A stretch of DNA of 64,000 bases, from contig JALJEE010000986.1 of assembly GCA_023231475.1 (NCBI GenBank), positions 1-64,000 of the forward strand, written 5' to 3'. A program made the position numbers and the translations under genes. Shown here piece after piece: positions 41,377 through 54,230 of this stretch (positions within the stretch are counted from its first letter, which is position 1; every line of letters starts with the position of its first letter). The notes under the pieces were generated by a model that did no database searches, had not been told where the DNA came from, and was given only the letters and a program-made list of their open reading frames with translations. This DNA is from Seison nebaliae (Eukaryota).

Positions 41377-42744
41377 ATGTTTAGTCGATTTGGACATGTG
41401 GTAACTAGATCGTTCTATGGTAGAATTAGAATGAAGAAACGTCGTTTGAGTGAAGTGGAAGATATTTATCCAAATATCTATGAATATGATACACAACCAG
41501 CGACCGATTGCGTTCTCAGTGATAAATCGTCGACTTATTCGATTTCTCCTTGCCTCGAATATGAAGTGATCGGACGTTGTTCCACCACCAAAGCACGAGT
41601 TGGAAAGTTAAATTTAAAGAATTGTTTGATTGATACTCCAGTATTTATGCCCGTCGGAACCCAAGGAACCATTAAAGGCCTCCTTCCGTATCATGTAGAG
41701 AAGGAAGATTGTAAATTGATTTTGGGAAATGCGTATCATCTCGGACATCGTCCCGGTGAGGATGTGATGAAGGAAATGAATGGATTACATTCTTTCATGA
41801 AATGGCCGAATGGATTATTGACTGATTCTGGTGGTTTCCAGATGGTTTCCTTATTGAAACTTAGCACCATGACAGAAGACGGTGTTACATTCACTTCACC
41901 ACATAACGGAACGGAAATGTTGTTATCACCAGAAAAATCGATAGATATCCAGACATCTATTGGTGCCAATATTATGATGCAATTGGATGATGTTGTATCG
42001 TCACAGTTTCCGGAGAAGAAACGTGTAGAAGAAGCGATGCATCGATCATTAAGATGGTTAGATCGATGTATTGAACGACAGAAAGAGAATGAAATGAAAT
42101 GGAAAAAGAAACAAAATCTCATGGGAATAGTTCAAGGTGGTCTCTTCGCCGATCTTCGAACAATGTCTGTTCAACAATTAGTGGAAAGAAATCTTCCTGC
42201 GTACGCAATCGGAGGATTGTCCGGTGGAGAAGAGAAAGAAAAATTTTGGCCAATGGTTCATCTTTCTACTGATTATTTACCTGTAAATAAACCTCGATAT
42301 TTGATGGGTGTCGGATTTGCCATCGATCTGATCGTCTGTGTAGCACTGGGTTGTGATATGTTCGATTGTGTCTATCCCACACGAACTGCACGATTCGGTG
42401 TGGCATTAATCAACGAGAATAAAGGATGTCTTGATTTGACGAAGAGAATTTATAAAAACGATTTTAACATCATCGATGACGATTGTAATTGTTCCACTTG
42501 TCAAGAAGGATATACTAGAGCTTATCTTCATTCAATCGCTACAAAAGAAACATTATCTATCCAACTAATCACTCAACATAATATTTATTATCAGATGAGT
42601 CTCATGAAATCCATCCGAACTGCCATAATGAAAGATCAATTCCCTCAATTCATTAAACTTTTCTTTATTCGTTATTTCCAATCACAAAACAATATTCCCC
42701 AATGGTGCAAAAACGCGTTGACTAGTGTCAATGTTGAATTGTGA
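41377..42744 (+). CDS. QTRT1: Queuine tRNA-ribosyltransferase catalytic subunit (intronless)
   Basis: TPVFMPVGTQG, LTDSGGFQMVSL, MQLDD, GIVQGG, AIGGLSGGE, PRYLMGVG, DMFDCVYPTRTARFG and a CxCxxC...H zinc site. Confidence 0.95.
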   Translation: MFSRFGHVVTRSFYGRIRMKKRRLSEVEDIYPNIYEYDTQPATDCVLSDKSSTYSISPCLEYEVIGRCSTTKARVGKLNLKNCLIDTPVFMPVGTQGTIKGLLPYHVEKEDCKLILGNAYHLGHRPGEDVMKEMNGLHSFMKWPNGLLTDSGGFQMVSLLKLSTMTEDGVTFTSPHNGTEMLLSPEKSIDIQTSIGANIMMQLDDVVSSQFPEKKRVEEAMHRSLRWLDRCIERQKENEMKWKKKQNLMGIVQGGLFADLRTMSVQQLVERNLPAYAIGGLSGGEEKEKFWPMVHLSTDYLPVNKPRYLMGVGFAIDLIVCVALGCDMFDCVYPTRTARFGVALINENKGCLDLTKRIYKNDFNIIDDDCNCSTCQEGYTRAYLHSIATKETLSIQLITQHNIYYQMSLMKSIRTAIMKDQFPQFIKLFFIRYFQSQNNIPQWCKNALTSVNVEL

Positions 42745-42977
42745 TGGAAATTAATCGTTTTATTTTAATTAATTTTTAAACGATAAATTTTATATTTTTT
42801 TTCTAAATTTTATTTGAAAAATAAATGTCAATTAAATTTCTTTAAAATTTTTCAAAATTTTCTCGTTTTCTTTAACCAATTGTTTTACTTTGACTATTAT
42901 TCTGTTAAATTTGTGTGAAATAAATTTTTGGAAAAAAATGGGTTCAATATTTTTAATTGTAATCTATTAAAATAATT

Positions 42978-45900
42978 TCAGTTTGATTGACTGGATAATC
43001 GATTATTTAGGAATTGGTAAGCATCACTTTTGTTGTCGAAATATAATTGTAGTTTCGGCATCCAATAATACATACGATGACCTTCCTCGTCATAATAATA
43101 TCCTTCACTGTCATCGACAATCTGGAAGGAGAAAGAGAATTAAAAAGACATTTCTCAAAATTAAACTAATTCAGTTGAAGTATTTGCATTCTTATTGAAC
43201 TGTTCTAAATCTTCCGTCTCTTTACTCATTCGTTCATTTTCAGAAGCGATTTCTGATTTCGATCTAACCACAATCATTCTTTTAATTTTTGCCGGTTCCG
43301 ATGACGTGGTTGACGAAGGTGACGATGACGACATTAAACGACGCATTTCATTCGGTCGCATTTCGTCAATTAACGGAAGTGGTGTATTAGTTGTGGATGT
43401 TGTCGAAGAGGATGACGATTCGAAAATATTTGACCGTTTTTGTGGTTTTATTTGATTTTTATTCTTCCGTCTACGAATCAGATCGGCAATCTCCACGCAT
43501 TCGTTCGCCAAATGTTTTCTAAAGAAAAAAAAGAAGAAAGTTTAGAAGGAAAAACGGAGGAGAATGAAACATTATTGGGAACACGGTTCCTTTACTGATC
43601 ATTGATCGTATAGATATGAGACCGGTCTCGGAACACGGTTTCTCATCAACTTTCAATTTGCTACGAATTCCTTTTACCATCTCTTTCAATAATTTCAATT
43701 TTAATTGATATATTCTCGGTTCATTCAATTGACAAATATTCTTATTGACCGTCAATTTGAAAATTTCATCAATCTTCTCCAGAGCATCTTCGATTTTCTC
43801 ATAAAGAACTTTATGTCTCACATTATCATGAGACTCATTAAATTTGTTCAATCTCTTCGAATCATCATCACGATGAATGGTCTCGCTGGATTTATTCTTT
43901 TCTAATCGTGTTATAACTGAAAATCGAGGGAAAATTAAGACAGAATTGAATTGTGAAAAATTTAATTGAAAAAAAGTAAAACTTTTCTCTAAATCATCTA
44001 ACGAATAATAATGATTCAATTCATTGATAATATCAAGACAAGTAATCTCTGAATGAATTTTTATTAAATCTTCATCTGTTTCTACGCCAACTGTTGCCGT
44101 TGATATCGATGAACGACATTTCTCTCCTTTCGACGATTCTTCTTTCGAACATTTGTCTTTCTTTTCCAATTCATCTACTCCGCACTCACCTCCAACATGT
44201 TCTTCCTCTGATTTTTCTATAACTGTCGTTACTATTTCTTTATTCACTGATTGTTCTTTTAGTGTGGGAATGTCAATTGATGATTCGTCTTCTAATGGAA
44301 AATTTTTTTTCATTTCATTTTTTGGCGACACTATTCTGGGTAATTCTGCCATTGGTGAATCTGATTTAAATAAATTCTCTTCTGGGGACACTTTTCTTGG
44401 TAATTCCACTATTGGTGAATCAGGTTTAAATAAACTCTCTCTTGGTGATTTATTCTTTGGTGATTTAGTTTTTGGTGATTTAGTTTTTGGTGATTTAGTT
44501 TTTGGTGACTTATTTTTCGGTGAATTGAATAATGGTGAAGATAAATGTTGTTGTTTCTGATCATTAATTTCATTAGAAAACCGTTGCAGGTTTTTATTCT
44601 CCAAAGACTTTCTCGATTTTTTTCCTTTTCCAGTTCGTTTCTTTATTTGGATCAAATCAGAATAATCAGAATCATCAAAGACAGTTTGTCTGAGAGCCGA
44701 TTCAACGACATGAAGTTCGCCTGGGAATGATTTTCGATTTTTCCTCTCGTATGGAACGATAAGATGTTTGGGACGAGACTGTATAATTGGTTGATTTTCT
44801 CCAATAATTATGTTGCGTTCATCGGCTTGTGAATTTTGGGGAGCATATCTTTTATATCGTTTACTTCCAATAGACAATGGCTGAATATATTCATTAGGAA
44901 TAATTTGTAGAACGGTATTAGAAACGCCTTTTCTTCCTTTAATGAATTTGACATTATTCTTCCTTTCAGCTTTATCCACCAATAAAGTTGGAATTAAATG
45001 ACGATTGGTAATCGAATCATAAATAATATAATCCTTATTAATTAATGCACTAGCTGGATCATGACGACGGATGGTATCGGCATAGAAAGTTACCGAATTT
45101 TTATGTCCAGTCGATGAGCCTTTCTTTTTCATAATTCCTTTCAACGGTTTCGTTCTGATTTGAATTGACTTTCCCAAAGGTTGTGACACAATCATCTCAT
45201 CGTTCAACTCGATGAGACGTTCATCATGATAATCCCGATAGAAATCGTCTTCCGTATCAATTTCAGGATTATCCTCCAAAATAAATTCGTTATTATACAT
45301 TTCATAACTAGTATCGTCCATGGTTTCTGGTCGATCAATTTGAAAATTGTATTGTTTATTCGGTTGTAATATCACCGTATCTACTGGTTCGTTAATATCA
45401 TTCTTCTCATTCAAATTCACGTCATCCGATGTGGATAAAGATAAACGGATTCTTGGTGGAGTTTTAAATTCTGTCGGAGTATTCTGTCCATCCAATGAAA
45501 CATTTGACGTTCTCTTCTCTACTTCATTTGTTATTTCTTCTTCGATGACTGAAGGAAACCCACTATATATTTCCTCATTATCTTCCTCTTTATCGTGCTT
45601 ATTCAGTGCACTATTCACATCAATATGATGCGCTGTCAAATGAATATTTTTGGGTAAATGCTTCATGTTCTCTAACGAACTACTTCGACGATGAAGGAGA
45701 ATTTCCGATGATCGACGTTTCTCTATCGACGGAGATTTGTGGAGTTGATCATTCGACCGATTCTCTGTTAATGATAACCGAAATTTGTCGTCATGTTTGA
45801 TCGGATCGAAAATTACAGGAGAACTTTTCCGTTCAATTTTATGATTCTTCCGCGTATGTGAAATGAGTGGTGGTAAAGGTGCTAAAGATAACGAAGGTTT

Positions 45901-46524
45901 TGCCGATTTCTCTGAAACTTTCTCTACATCTTCATGAAGTAATTCGTCGAGAACTTCTTCGTTAATCTCGTCCAAAGTCTTTTCCGATTTTATTTTATCT
46001 TCCAAAATCATATCGTCCATAATATTCACCAACTTCTTATCAATTCTTTTTCTTTCCTCAATCGATTCACTTTTAAGTTCTTCAAGTGACTTCCGTTTTT
46101 TTCCATCCAACGACATTCTTTTACTATCTGTCAATTTCCCTTCGTCTTTCTCAACTAAATAATTTTCCACTTTCGATTTAGATGAATCAGATTGTTTCTC
46201 AGTTGACTGGTGTCGGACAGATTGATAATTGACGATATTTGGTAAAAGCTCTTTTGAGAGATTTTCTGCTAATTTTCCTTGTTTAATTTCAGATTTTCCT
46301 AATTCCACATCACCTTCATTAATTGGGATGTCTAATGTGGGAGAATTAGTTTGGGGTTGCGGTAAGGGTGGTGGTAACGGATCTGTTAATTGATCAGTCA
46401 ATAAAGGATCATCAAATATTTCCACATTTTTCGTTTCGTCAACAGATTCTGCCGAATCGAGATCAGATTGTTGGAAAAGATTAACAAAGTTATCGAATGA
46501 ATCCGAATCGCGAGTCTCACTCAT
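42978..46524 (-). CDS. Large low-complexity protein of unknown family (candidate PP1-docking motifs, SPKxK repeats)
   Basis: 1024-aa ORF joined by GTT-AG introns to ORF 43161-43511 and a last exon ending in TGA at 42978. Probable in-frame intron 43917-43982. Confidence 0.7.
44306..44524 (-). repeat. Coding tandem repeats: five 15-bp SPK(T/N)K units and a 60-bp duplication
   Basis: (tttggtgatttagtt)n at about 44450-44524, and LFKPDSPIVELPRKVSP / LFKSDSPMAELPRIVSP. Confidence 0.85.
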
Positions 46525-46999
46525 AATGAGAATGAGAAAAGGAAAATTGAGTTTGGAAAAATATTCCGAAGAAAATTTATAACAATTGATCACATGATCA
46601 ATTAAGAGTAGAACAATATAAGAAATGAAAATTTGAAAAGAATATTAATTATAATTAATTAATAATGGAATTCTTTCATTCCGTTAAAGAAACTTACAAA
46701 TTTTATTTCATTGATGAATCGAAAGAGTTGATGAAAAGAAATATGAAAGTGAAATGAATTGAAAATATCTACCAGGATTATTTCAGAAAATGAGAAAATT
46801 TTATGAAATTTATGAGAAATATTATTTTATATTTGAGTGTGCTCTTCAAAGAAAAGAAAGGTAAATGAAACTTTCCACGAATTTGGTTGAAGCAAGAGGA
46901 AAGATACTAATAAATTTAAAATGAAGTTAAAGGAAGAAAATCTCCTTCATCTTTTCTCGTTGGAAATTGTTGACGTTGGAGGGAAGCAGAGATAGTTGA

Positions 47000-49357
47000 T
47001 CATAATTGGACATCACGAATTTGATTGATAATATCTGACGCCTTAGTTAATGCATTCAACATTTTTTCCGCTTCATCTCGTCTTGCTGTGACTTCTTCTG
47101 ATTCGACAACTAATTCATTCAATTTCTCCGTTTGATACAATGAGGAGACGAGTTCCGCTTGTAAGTTCTCCTTCACATAATTTACAAGGAAATGCATAAT
47201 TGCTTTTGGTACACTATCTTGGACTTGTTTTCGAATGATATTGAAATAGCTTTTGATAAGAGTTCGTATGATCTCACAATCACGTCGATCATTCACATTG
47301 ATTAATAAGTCATCACATTGATCGTTGTCATGACACATTCCCGAATCATCATCAACATAATCATCATCATCAACATTCTCCTCCTCTTCCTCCTCATTAT
47401 TATTATCATTTTTGTTGTTGTTATTGTTCTTATTTAAGTGATTCTCTAATTTTTCACTTTTAATTCCATTTTTATTCACATTATTCGGATTGTCTGATAT
47501 TGAATTGGAATCTTTCAATTCATTAATATTATTCGAACTCTTCGACATCTTATTATCACCCATACCATCATTATTTGTTTCGGTTTTTTGAATATCGTTG
47601 AAAGTCGTTTCCATCGTATCTCCATTCCATTTCATTCCTTTGAATAAACTGTATGACCAGGCACCATCTTTCTTTATATCTTTCCTTGTTTCATTTCGTC
47701 TTTCTTCTGAATTCAAATATTTTTTCCTCTCCTTCTTCCTCGAATCGTCATTCATTTTTCCATATCTGGAAGTGGATGCTCCGAATCGAACATCTTGAGT
47801 TCTTGATCGACGATAAACTCGTTCAACTGATGGTATGAAATCTGGATGTTTCGTATTAATATAAGCCAATTCGATTCCTATCAAATTCTTTACCATCTCA
47901 TTAGTTATCGGTAATCGTTTCGATAATAATTGAGCAACTTGTTCCACCAATTGTGTTTTCAATGAAGGAAATCGAACAAATTGACGGAAAGCATTAAATT
48001 GATGGACCATACGACATAATTCCGTATGAACTAAATCGACACATCGGACAGCAGGTTCTTCCAAATTGGCAATTTGTCTTTTCGCCAATAGAACAAACGC
48101 TATTTCTGGCACGAATAAAGGAGGACGTGGTCCATTGGCATTTCGAATTGCTGTTAAAATATCATCAGTCGATAAACCTTGTAATGGATCGACACCTTTC
48201 AATGCGTTGGGCAAGAGTGTATGAAATACATAACATATACGTGCACCACCACATACTTCATCAATCGCCACATTCGTACCATCGATAGTACGACAATAAT
48301 TATTTGTGAATTCCGTTATAAAATTGAGAACGATTCTTCCTTTATCTTGAATTGGTTCACCTAATGATTGATGAAGTTGTCGGAATTCTCCTTTCATTGA
48401 CATGATTCGATTCTTCAAATCCGGTAAACGATTTTTCAAATGTTCATGTAATAAACGACTCAATCTCTTCACGAGATATTGACTACCCGATCTAGCGGCT
48501 AATGAAGGATATTTACGTTGAAGAAATCGATTCTCATCTGCTACTACATTGGCATGAGTTTTTCCAGCTTTGATGTCAGCTTGTGATCTTCCCACCACTC
48601 CAATAATTCCTAAACGAACATTAATTATTCGTCCTAATAATATATCAGTTGCATCCGTTCCATGATCCATTAAATCTAATTTAGTGAGAACTGCCAATGT
48701 TCGATCACCTTTCTTATCGACACGTTGTGCTAATTTGATGGCTTCGGATGTAGAGAGATCAGCATTTGCTGCCGATACAGCTAATATGATGGAATCTGGA
48801 TTACTAATATATTTTAATACTAATTTCTGAATTTGTTCTTCGATATCATGCGGTTGATCACCGACTGGAACTTTTGTCATTCCTGGTAAATCGACGAGTG
48901 TCAATGGTGCAACAAACGGTGAATAAACAGTAAGATGGATCGGTTCCATACAAATCGATTGTTTGGGAGATAATCGATCAGTCTCTTTCACAATCTCTTC
49001 TTTCACCATTTCGAAATCGGAAAATATTTCATTTTTCGCATGAGTGAATGTTGCCCATTCCACAACTTTCTTCAAATCATTCGGTCGTTTCGCGTCATAT
49101 GGTAACGGTCGATTTTCGTCATAACAAACCAACGAAATAATTAAAGGACGTCGAGTAACGATTCCGATACCTCTCGGTAGGAAGTCCCTTCCAACAATAC
49201 TTTCGAGAACGGATGATTTTCCTGCACTTTGTGAACCAATTACGACGATCTGTGGCAAATTAATGGCAGCCGCACCGACTGTTGAGAAGACGTCATATAA
49301 TTTTGAGATAATGTTCACTAAATCTTTCATCTTTTCTCTTATTCTCCAATTCTCCAA
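47000..49357 (-). CDS. DNM1L: Dynamin-related protein 1 (intronless)
   Basis: LPQIVVIGSQSAGKSS, TRRP, DLPG, TKLDLMD, GGARICYVF, IELAYINTKHPDF and a GED (SYFNIIRKQVQDSVPKAIMHFLVN). No PH or proline-rich domain. Confidence 0.95.
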   Translation of the reverse strand: MENWRIREKMKDLVNIISKLYDVFSTVGAAAINLPQIVVIGSQSAGKSSVLESIVGRDFLPRGIGIVTRRPLIISLVCYDENRPLPYDAKRPNDLKKVVEWATFTHAKNEIFSDFEMVKEEIVKETDRLSPKQSICMEPIHLTVYSPFVAPLTLVDLPGMTKVPVGDQPHDIEEQIQKLVLKYISNPDSIILAVSAANADLSTSEAIKLAQRVDKKGDRTLAVLTKLDLMDHGTDATDILLGRIINVRLGIIGVVGRSQADIKAGKTHANVVADENRFLQRKYPSLAARSGSQYLVKRLSRLLHEHLKNRLPDLKNRIMSMKGEFRQLHQSLGEPIQDKGRIVLNFITEFTNNYCRTIDGTNVAIDEVCGGARICYVFHTLLPNALKGVDPLQGLSTDDILTAIRNANGPRPPLFVPEIAFVLLAKRQIANLEEPAVRCVDLVHTELCRMVHQFNAFRQFVRFPSLKTQLVEQVAQLLSKRLPITNEMVKNLIGIELAYINTKHPDFIPSVERVYRRSRTQDVRFGASTSRYGKMNDDSRKKERKKYLNSEERRNETRKDIKKDGAWSYSLFKGMKWNGDTMETTFNDIQKTETNNDGMGDNKMSKSSNNINELKDSNSISDNPNNVNKNGIKSEKLENHLNKNNNNNKNDNNNEEEEEENVDDDDYVDDDSGMCHDNDQCDDLLINVNDRRDCEIIRTLIKSYFNIIRKQVQDSVPKAIMHFLVNYVKENLQAELVSSLYQTEKLNELVVESEEVTARRDEAEKMLNALTKASDIINQIRDVQL

Positions 49358-50054
49358 GATATTTTTCTAATTCTCTTCAAAAAAATTTCTTTACCAAAAA
49401 TATTTCTTATTGGCAATTCTGGAGAAGCCGCTGATTAAAATTTTAGGGATCATTCGAATTCATTCTATCCTTTCTATTATCATTTCATTATCATTCTCCA
49501 CTCACATACTACACTTACTATTTACCTACATTATTTATTCATTAATTTCTTTCTTCCAAACGAACTTTAAATTCCTACTGTATAATTCCTTCGAAATTCC
49601 TGGATCAATTTGAAATAATTTTAATTTTTAAATTTTATTCTACTGAAATCCACTTCACAATAATATTGAGTAACATTATAAATTAAATTGTTTTGTGAGA
49701 AACAGCCAAATGAAGAGAAATCAGTGAGAAGTAGTAAAAGATTCGATTAATTCATTAGAGATTATAAAAATAATGAGACGACTAGAGTATAATAAGGAAA
49801 TGTCGAAGGAATTATGTAAAAAATAATTCGATTCGAAGAAGAAATTGTTTTGCATCAAATAAGAGTTGAAGTGAAGCTCGATTAGAATGGCGAATGGACT
49901 AGAATAGTTTGTATGAAATGAAAATAGAATCACATAAACTTACATCACTTAAATAGATTTGGTTGACGAAGACGAAAGAAGATTGATTAGTTCTAAATAA
50001 AATTCGATTTGTTTGTTAAATTTGAATTAAATCTCTTTACAATAATAACCACCC

Positions 50055-52452
50055 TTAAACTTTATTGAGAAGTGCTTCACTCATTTCGTTGAGATCGTTC
50101 GATGAATGAGATTCAATCATTTGTTTTTCGTTCTCACCCAGAACACGGAGATCATTAAGAAAATCTTTGGAGGATATGATGTGATCACCACCGACAATCA
50201 ATTCCCATTTCCCACTTTTAATAATTTCATTTTGCATCACTTCGTATACACATCTCATCTCGCTGTAAGTCACTCCTCCCAACACATATACGATGAAACG
50301 GGGACATTGTTTCTTCGTCTGTTCACCACTTCGATGCCATAAACCATAACTTCGAGCACTCGTATTCACATTAGTGACGGTGGGACCGCGATTATTGAGA
50401 AAAGGAAATTTCATTTGATCCAAATGTTCTTCGATGGCATCTTCTAACACATCTTTCAAATATGGTGTCCATCTTGACGTGTTGTATGTTCGTTCAGTTC
50501 TTTCTTTTCTTGGTGTTGGAATATTCTTTCTTAATCGCTTTAATAATGAAATTAATGAAAATAAAAGAAAAAGAAAGAGGAACTCCAGTTCGATTCATGT
50601 CAGTACAGACATTGAGACCGAATAATTGCATATTCAAAATACGTTTCTTCGCATCCATCGACAATTTTGAATGATTGATTAATTTCTCTAAATTCTCTTC
50701 AGTAATTCCATTTTTGTTGAGAATGTAAAGGAGAATCAATCGTAATTTATCGCTTTCTGGATATTCGTCTGCCATCAAAATATGAACCAACGGTTTCATA
50801 TGATCCTTAATTTTCTCGCCTTCTGCATTACAACCCATCGCCAAATTCTACAAACATTCAATTTCATCGAATTTATTATAAGAATCAAAACTTGTTCATG
50901 CTCACAAACGTATTTGACACGTTCCTGATAAATGTTGAGACAATCCTCCGCCAAATGAACAGCTAATGAGAACTCGTTCAATTCCTTTCGATATTGCGGC
51001 ATTTGTTTCAACATTTTATTCAATTCTTTCAATGATGCCTGATCATTTTTACCTTTCCCAAATTGTTTATCACTCATGAACGATTTTAATTTACTCGTAA
51101 CTGCATTAGATGCATCGGCGATATGTTTATGACGTAAATTCAACCACACTTCATCATTCTCATCTAGAATGACTTCTTTATCTATTTCACCTCCGTTTGC
51201 CGTCTCTCCTTTAAATCGGTAAACGTCGTTGTCGATATTTAACAAATCATACGCCATGGCTTGAATAGTCAATTCATGTAATAAAGGTGAAACTGCATCA
51301 AATCCTCGATCGAGAATCAATAATTGCGATTTCATTTTTTCGGCACCATCTCCCATGTTGGGATCGTCCGCTTTATATTTGTCAATTTTCGCTTGAACTA
51401 AATTAGCGAATTGGAAACCACTTTCAAATTCTCTGAAATTTTCATTATTTAAATATTAAATAGAATGAAAATCAAATGTTTAACGCTCGATATCGAATAG
51501 CTGGATATTCACCTAGACAAGAACAAACGGTCGCTATTTGTTCTGCAATTCCATCCAGAACTTTGAGTCGATTCATAAAATTTGGATTATATGCAGCTTG
51601 TGACGCTTCAGGTAAATCCAAAGAAAAGATCTTTTAGTTAACAAAGTCAATAATATTAGTTTAAGAAGAATAAAAATTGGATGAGAAAAGAAACGTTCGA
51701 TTCGTATGGAAGGAAAGCGATATTGATCTCTTTCATCGTTTTCATAACTCTCATGGCTCGTGTTCGTGATATTTTAGAAAACATTTCATCTGGAATAGCT
51801 AAAAAATTGCCGAGTTATTTTGAAGAGAATTAAATGGATGTTGAAAATCATTCTCCAAACTGACTCAAAATAATAACATTCAGTGAAGAATACATGGAAA
51901 CATTTATACGGGACATTGTGCAAATCACAACAATCTTGCAGAAGAAGATCTATCGACTGAAGTCAAATAGAATTAGACAAGAAGTTTCTCGATAATATTC
52001 ATCTAACTCTTTCCGTCGGTGTAATTAGATATATCGCTTCCAATAACGGTAATGGTTCCCGTTTCTTTTCAATATCTTCCACGACTTTATTTTTTTTAAT
52101 TTTTCAATGAGACAATTATAGGAGATAATTTAATGAATATTAAAGAAGACTTGTAATTCCAGTAGACATGATTTGAGTCATCTTTAAGCATGCGGACGTT
52201 ATACGTGTAGCCAGTCGATCCATCACTAATACTCTCCATGGTGATGATTTTGGTAGAGTACTCGAATTGAACACTTCTTGCAAAATTTCTAAACAATTCC
52301 ATCAACATTAGGAGATAGTCGAATTGAATAAAATGTTGTGTAAATTTCGTTAATGACGAAAATCGTAGAAAATTTTTTATATTTAGCGAGTCATTTTATA
52401 ACGCAATTTTTTTTAAAACCTAACTTGCCCCAACTAGTTCTCTTAACACCAT
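50055..52452 (-). CDS. STXBP1: Sec1/Munc18 family syntaxin-binding protein (Rop/UNC-18); 9 exons
   Basis: [12 protein letters not shown]...WRVLVMD...[47 protein letters not shown]...[12 protein letters not shown] and [14 protein letters not shown]. Eight introns. Confidence 0.93.
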
Positions 52453-52911
52453 AGTTAGTGTTGAGATTGAAATTTATCTGTTAAATGAAGCTGCAACAAA
52501 TGATGATGGTGATAAATGCAGTTTATTTATTATGGTAATATAATTATAATTCTGTATGTGCAAGAAAGTTGTATAAGCATGCTAATAAGATGTTATAGAG
52601 ATATTACGAAAATCAATAAAATTCGTATTCGACGACAACAGATATAAAAATTGTATAACAAGGAATTTAATTTATTAAATTGCGAATAATTTTAAGGGAG
52701 TTTGACTTTAAGCTTAATAAATCAAAGTTTGAAATTATTCATAATAAGGCTTAAAATTTTAATTTTAAAAAATTAAAAAATTTTAACCTTACTGAAATAT
52801 ATTACACCTCGTCATTCCATAGTCATAGTTACATTAAAGAAATTGAAAATATTTTAATTTCATTTTTTTTCTCATAATTTCTTTTATATTTCGGTTGGAT
52901 TAGAAGGAATA

Positions 52912-54198
52912 ATGAGTGGGAAGTTTTCACGATTATTTGATGAGTCAAATCAGAGACCGAACGTAGATTGTTGTAATTTCCAATCGAATTTGAATGAATT
53001 GAAATCGAGAATCAATAGTATGGACAGTTTGCATGAGATGTTCCAACAGCAATTTTATTTGTTGAAGGAAAAACAAATGTTGACGAATCAGGACGAAGAT
53101 TTTATGATGAAGACGGTGGATCTGCAAAAGAAGGAAAATGAATTATCGAAGAGAATTAATTTGGATGAAACTGAATCGAAAGTTGATTATAATTTGGACA
53201 ATTATGAGAATTTGAAAGGATTGTCGAATTTTTCGGTTGAGAATAAGAAAATTAATAAATTGATCAATTCGATTATCGATAATATTCAATCGAATGTAGA
53301 CGAGGAATTATCGAGTAGAAATGTGGAGAGTATCGATGAGAAGATTGTAAGTGAGAGGAGTCGTCTGATGATGAAACATAATAAAGGAAAAATGAATTTA
53401 ATAGAGAATCGACCGAAAAAGAAAATTAATCCAACTCGTTCTCAATTGAACAAGTTGGAAGAGGAAGTGAATGAAAAGAAAAAGACTTATATAGAACAAT
53501 ATTCAAATAATAATAATAATAATAATAAATCGAATTCTATTAGTGTCAATAAAAACAATTGTCGGAATGAATTTGATGGGAAGAAGTTGAGGAACGTGAA
53601 AAAATCGATTGGACGTGGTGGTGGTTTAATGAAAGAGGAAAATGTTGAAAATATCGACAAGTTGAATTCGTTTCCAGATCATTTGTCGAATGTCAATTCT
53701 GGGAATCATTTAATGAATTTATTAGATAAATATTTTGAAGGGAATCATCGAGAACAATTGAGGAGAGAACCGATTCAATATAATCAGTCATTAGAACATT
53801 TTATTGAAGAGAATATGCGACGGGAGAATGATAATCTTCAAAATAAATTAAATAATGTTAGAACGACTGATGGTGGATCATCATCGATTATTGAGAGAAT
53901 TTTAGAGAATTATCAAAACAACCATAATCTTCCATCAACTATTCCAAATGGAATAAATAAATCAAAAATGGAAATTAATGAAAGAAAAAATGAAATTAAT
54001 CGAAAGAATTCTGAAGTGAAATTAAATGAAAATTTAATCGATGAACAAAACGAGATAAATGAAGTTGAAAAAGATTTTCAAAAGTTTGTTATGATTCATA
54101 ATAAGAAACAGAATCTTAATACAAACAACAACAACAACAACGATATTGATGATGATAATGAAAAATATAATGATGGAAAATTAAATTTAAATATCAAC

Positions 54199-54230
<32 letters not shown>

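Noticed and set aside
41377..42744. Intronless TGT as a bacterial horizontal transfer
   Set aside because: The sequence has eukaryotic QTRT1 features (CDMFDCVYPTRTARFG, VCVALG) and host-like composition, and other clearly eukaryotic genes here are also intronless.
44450..44524. Short regular repeats as a possible CRISPR-like array
   Set aside because: These are head-to-tail 15-bp coding repeats without spacers in a eukaryotic gene.
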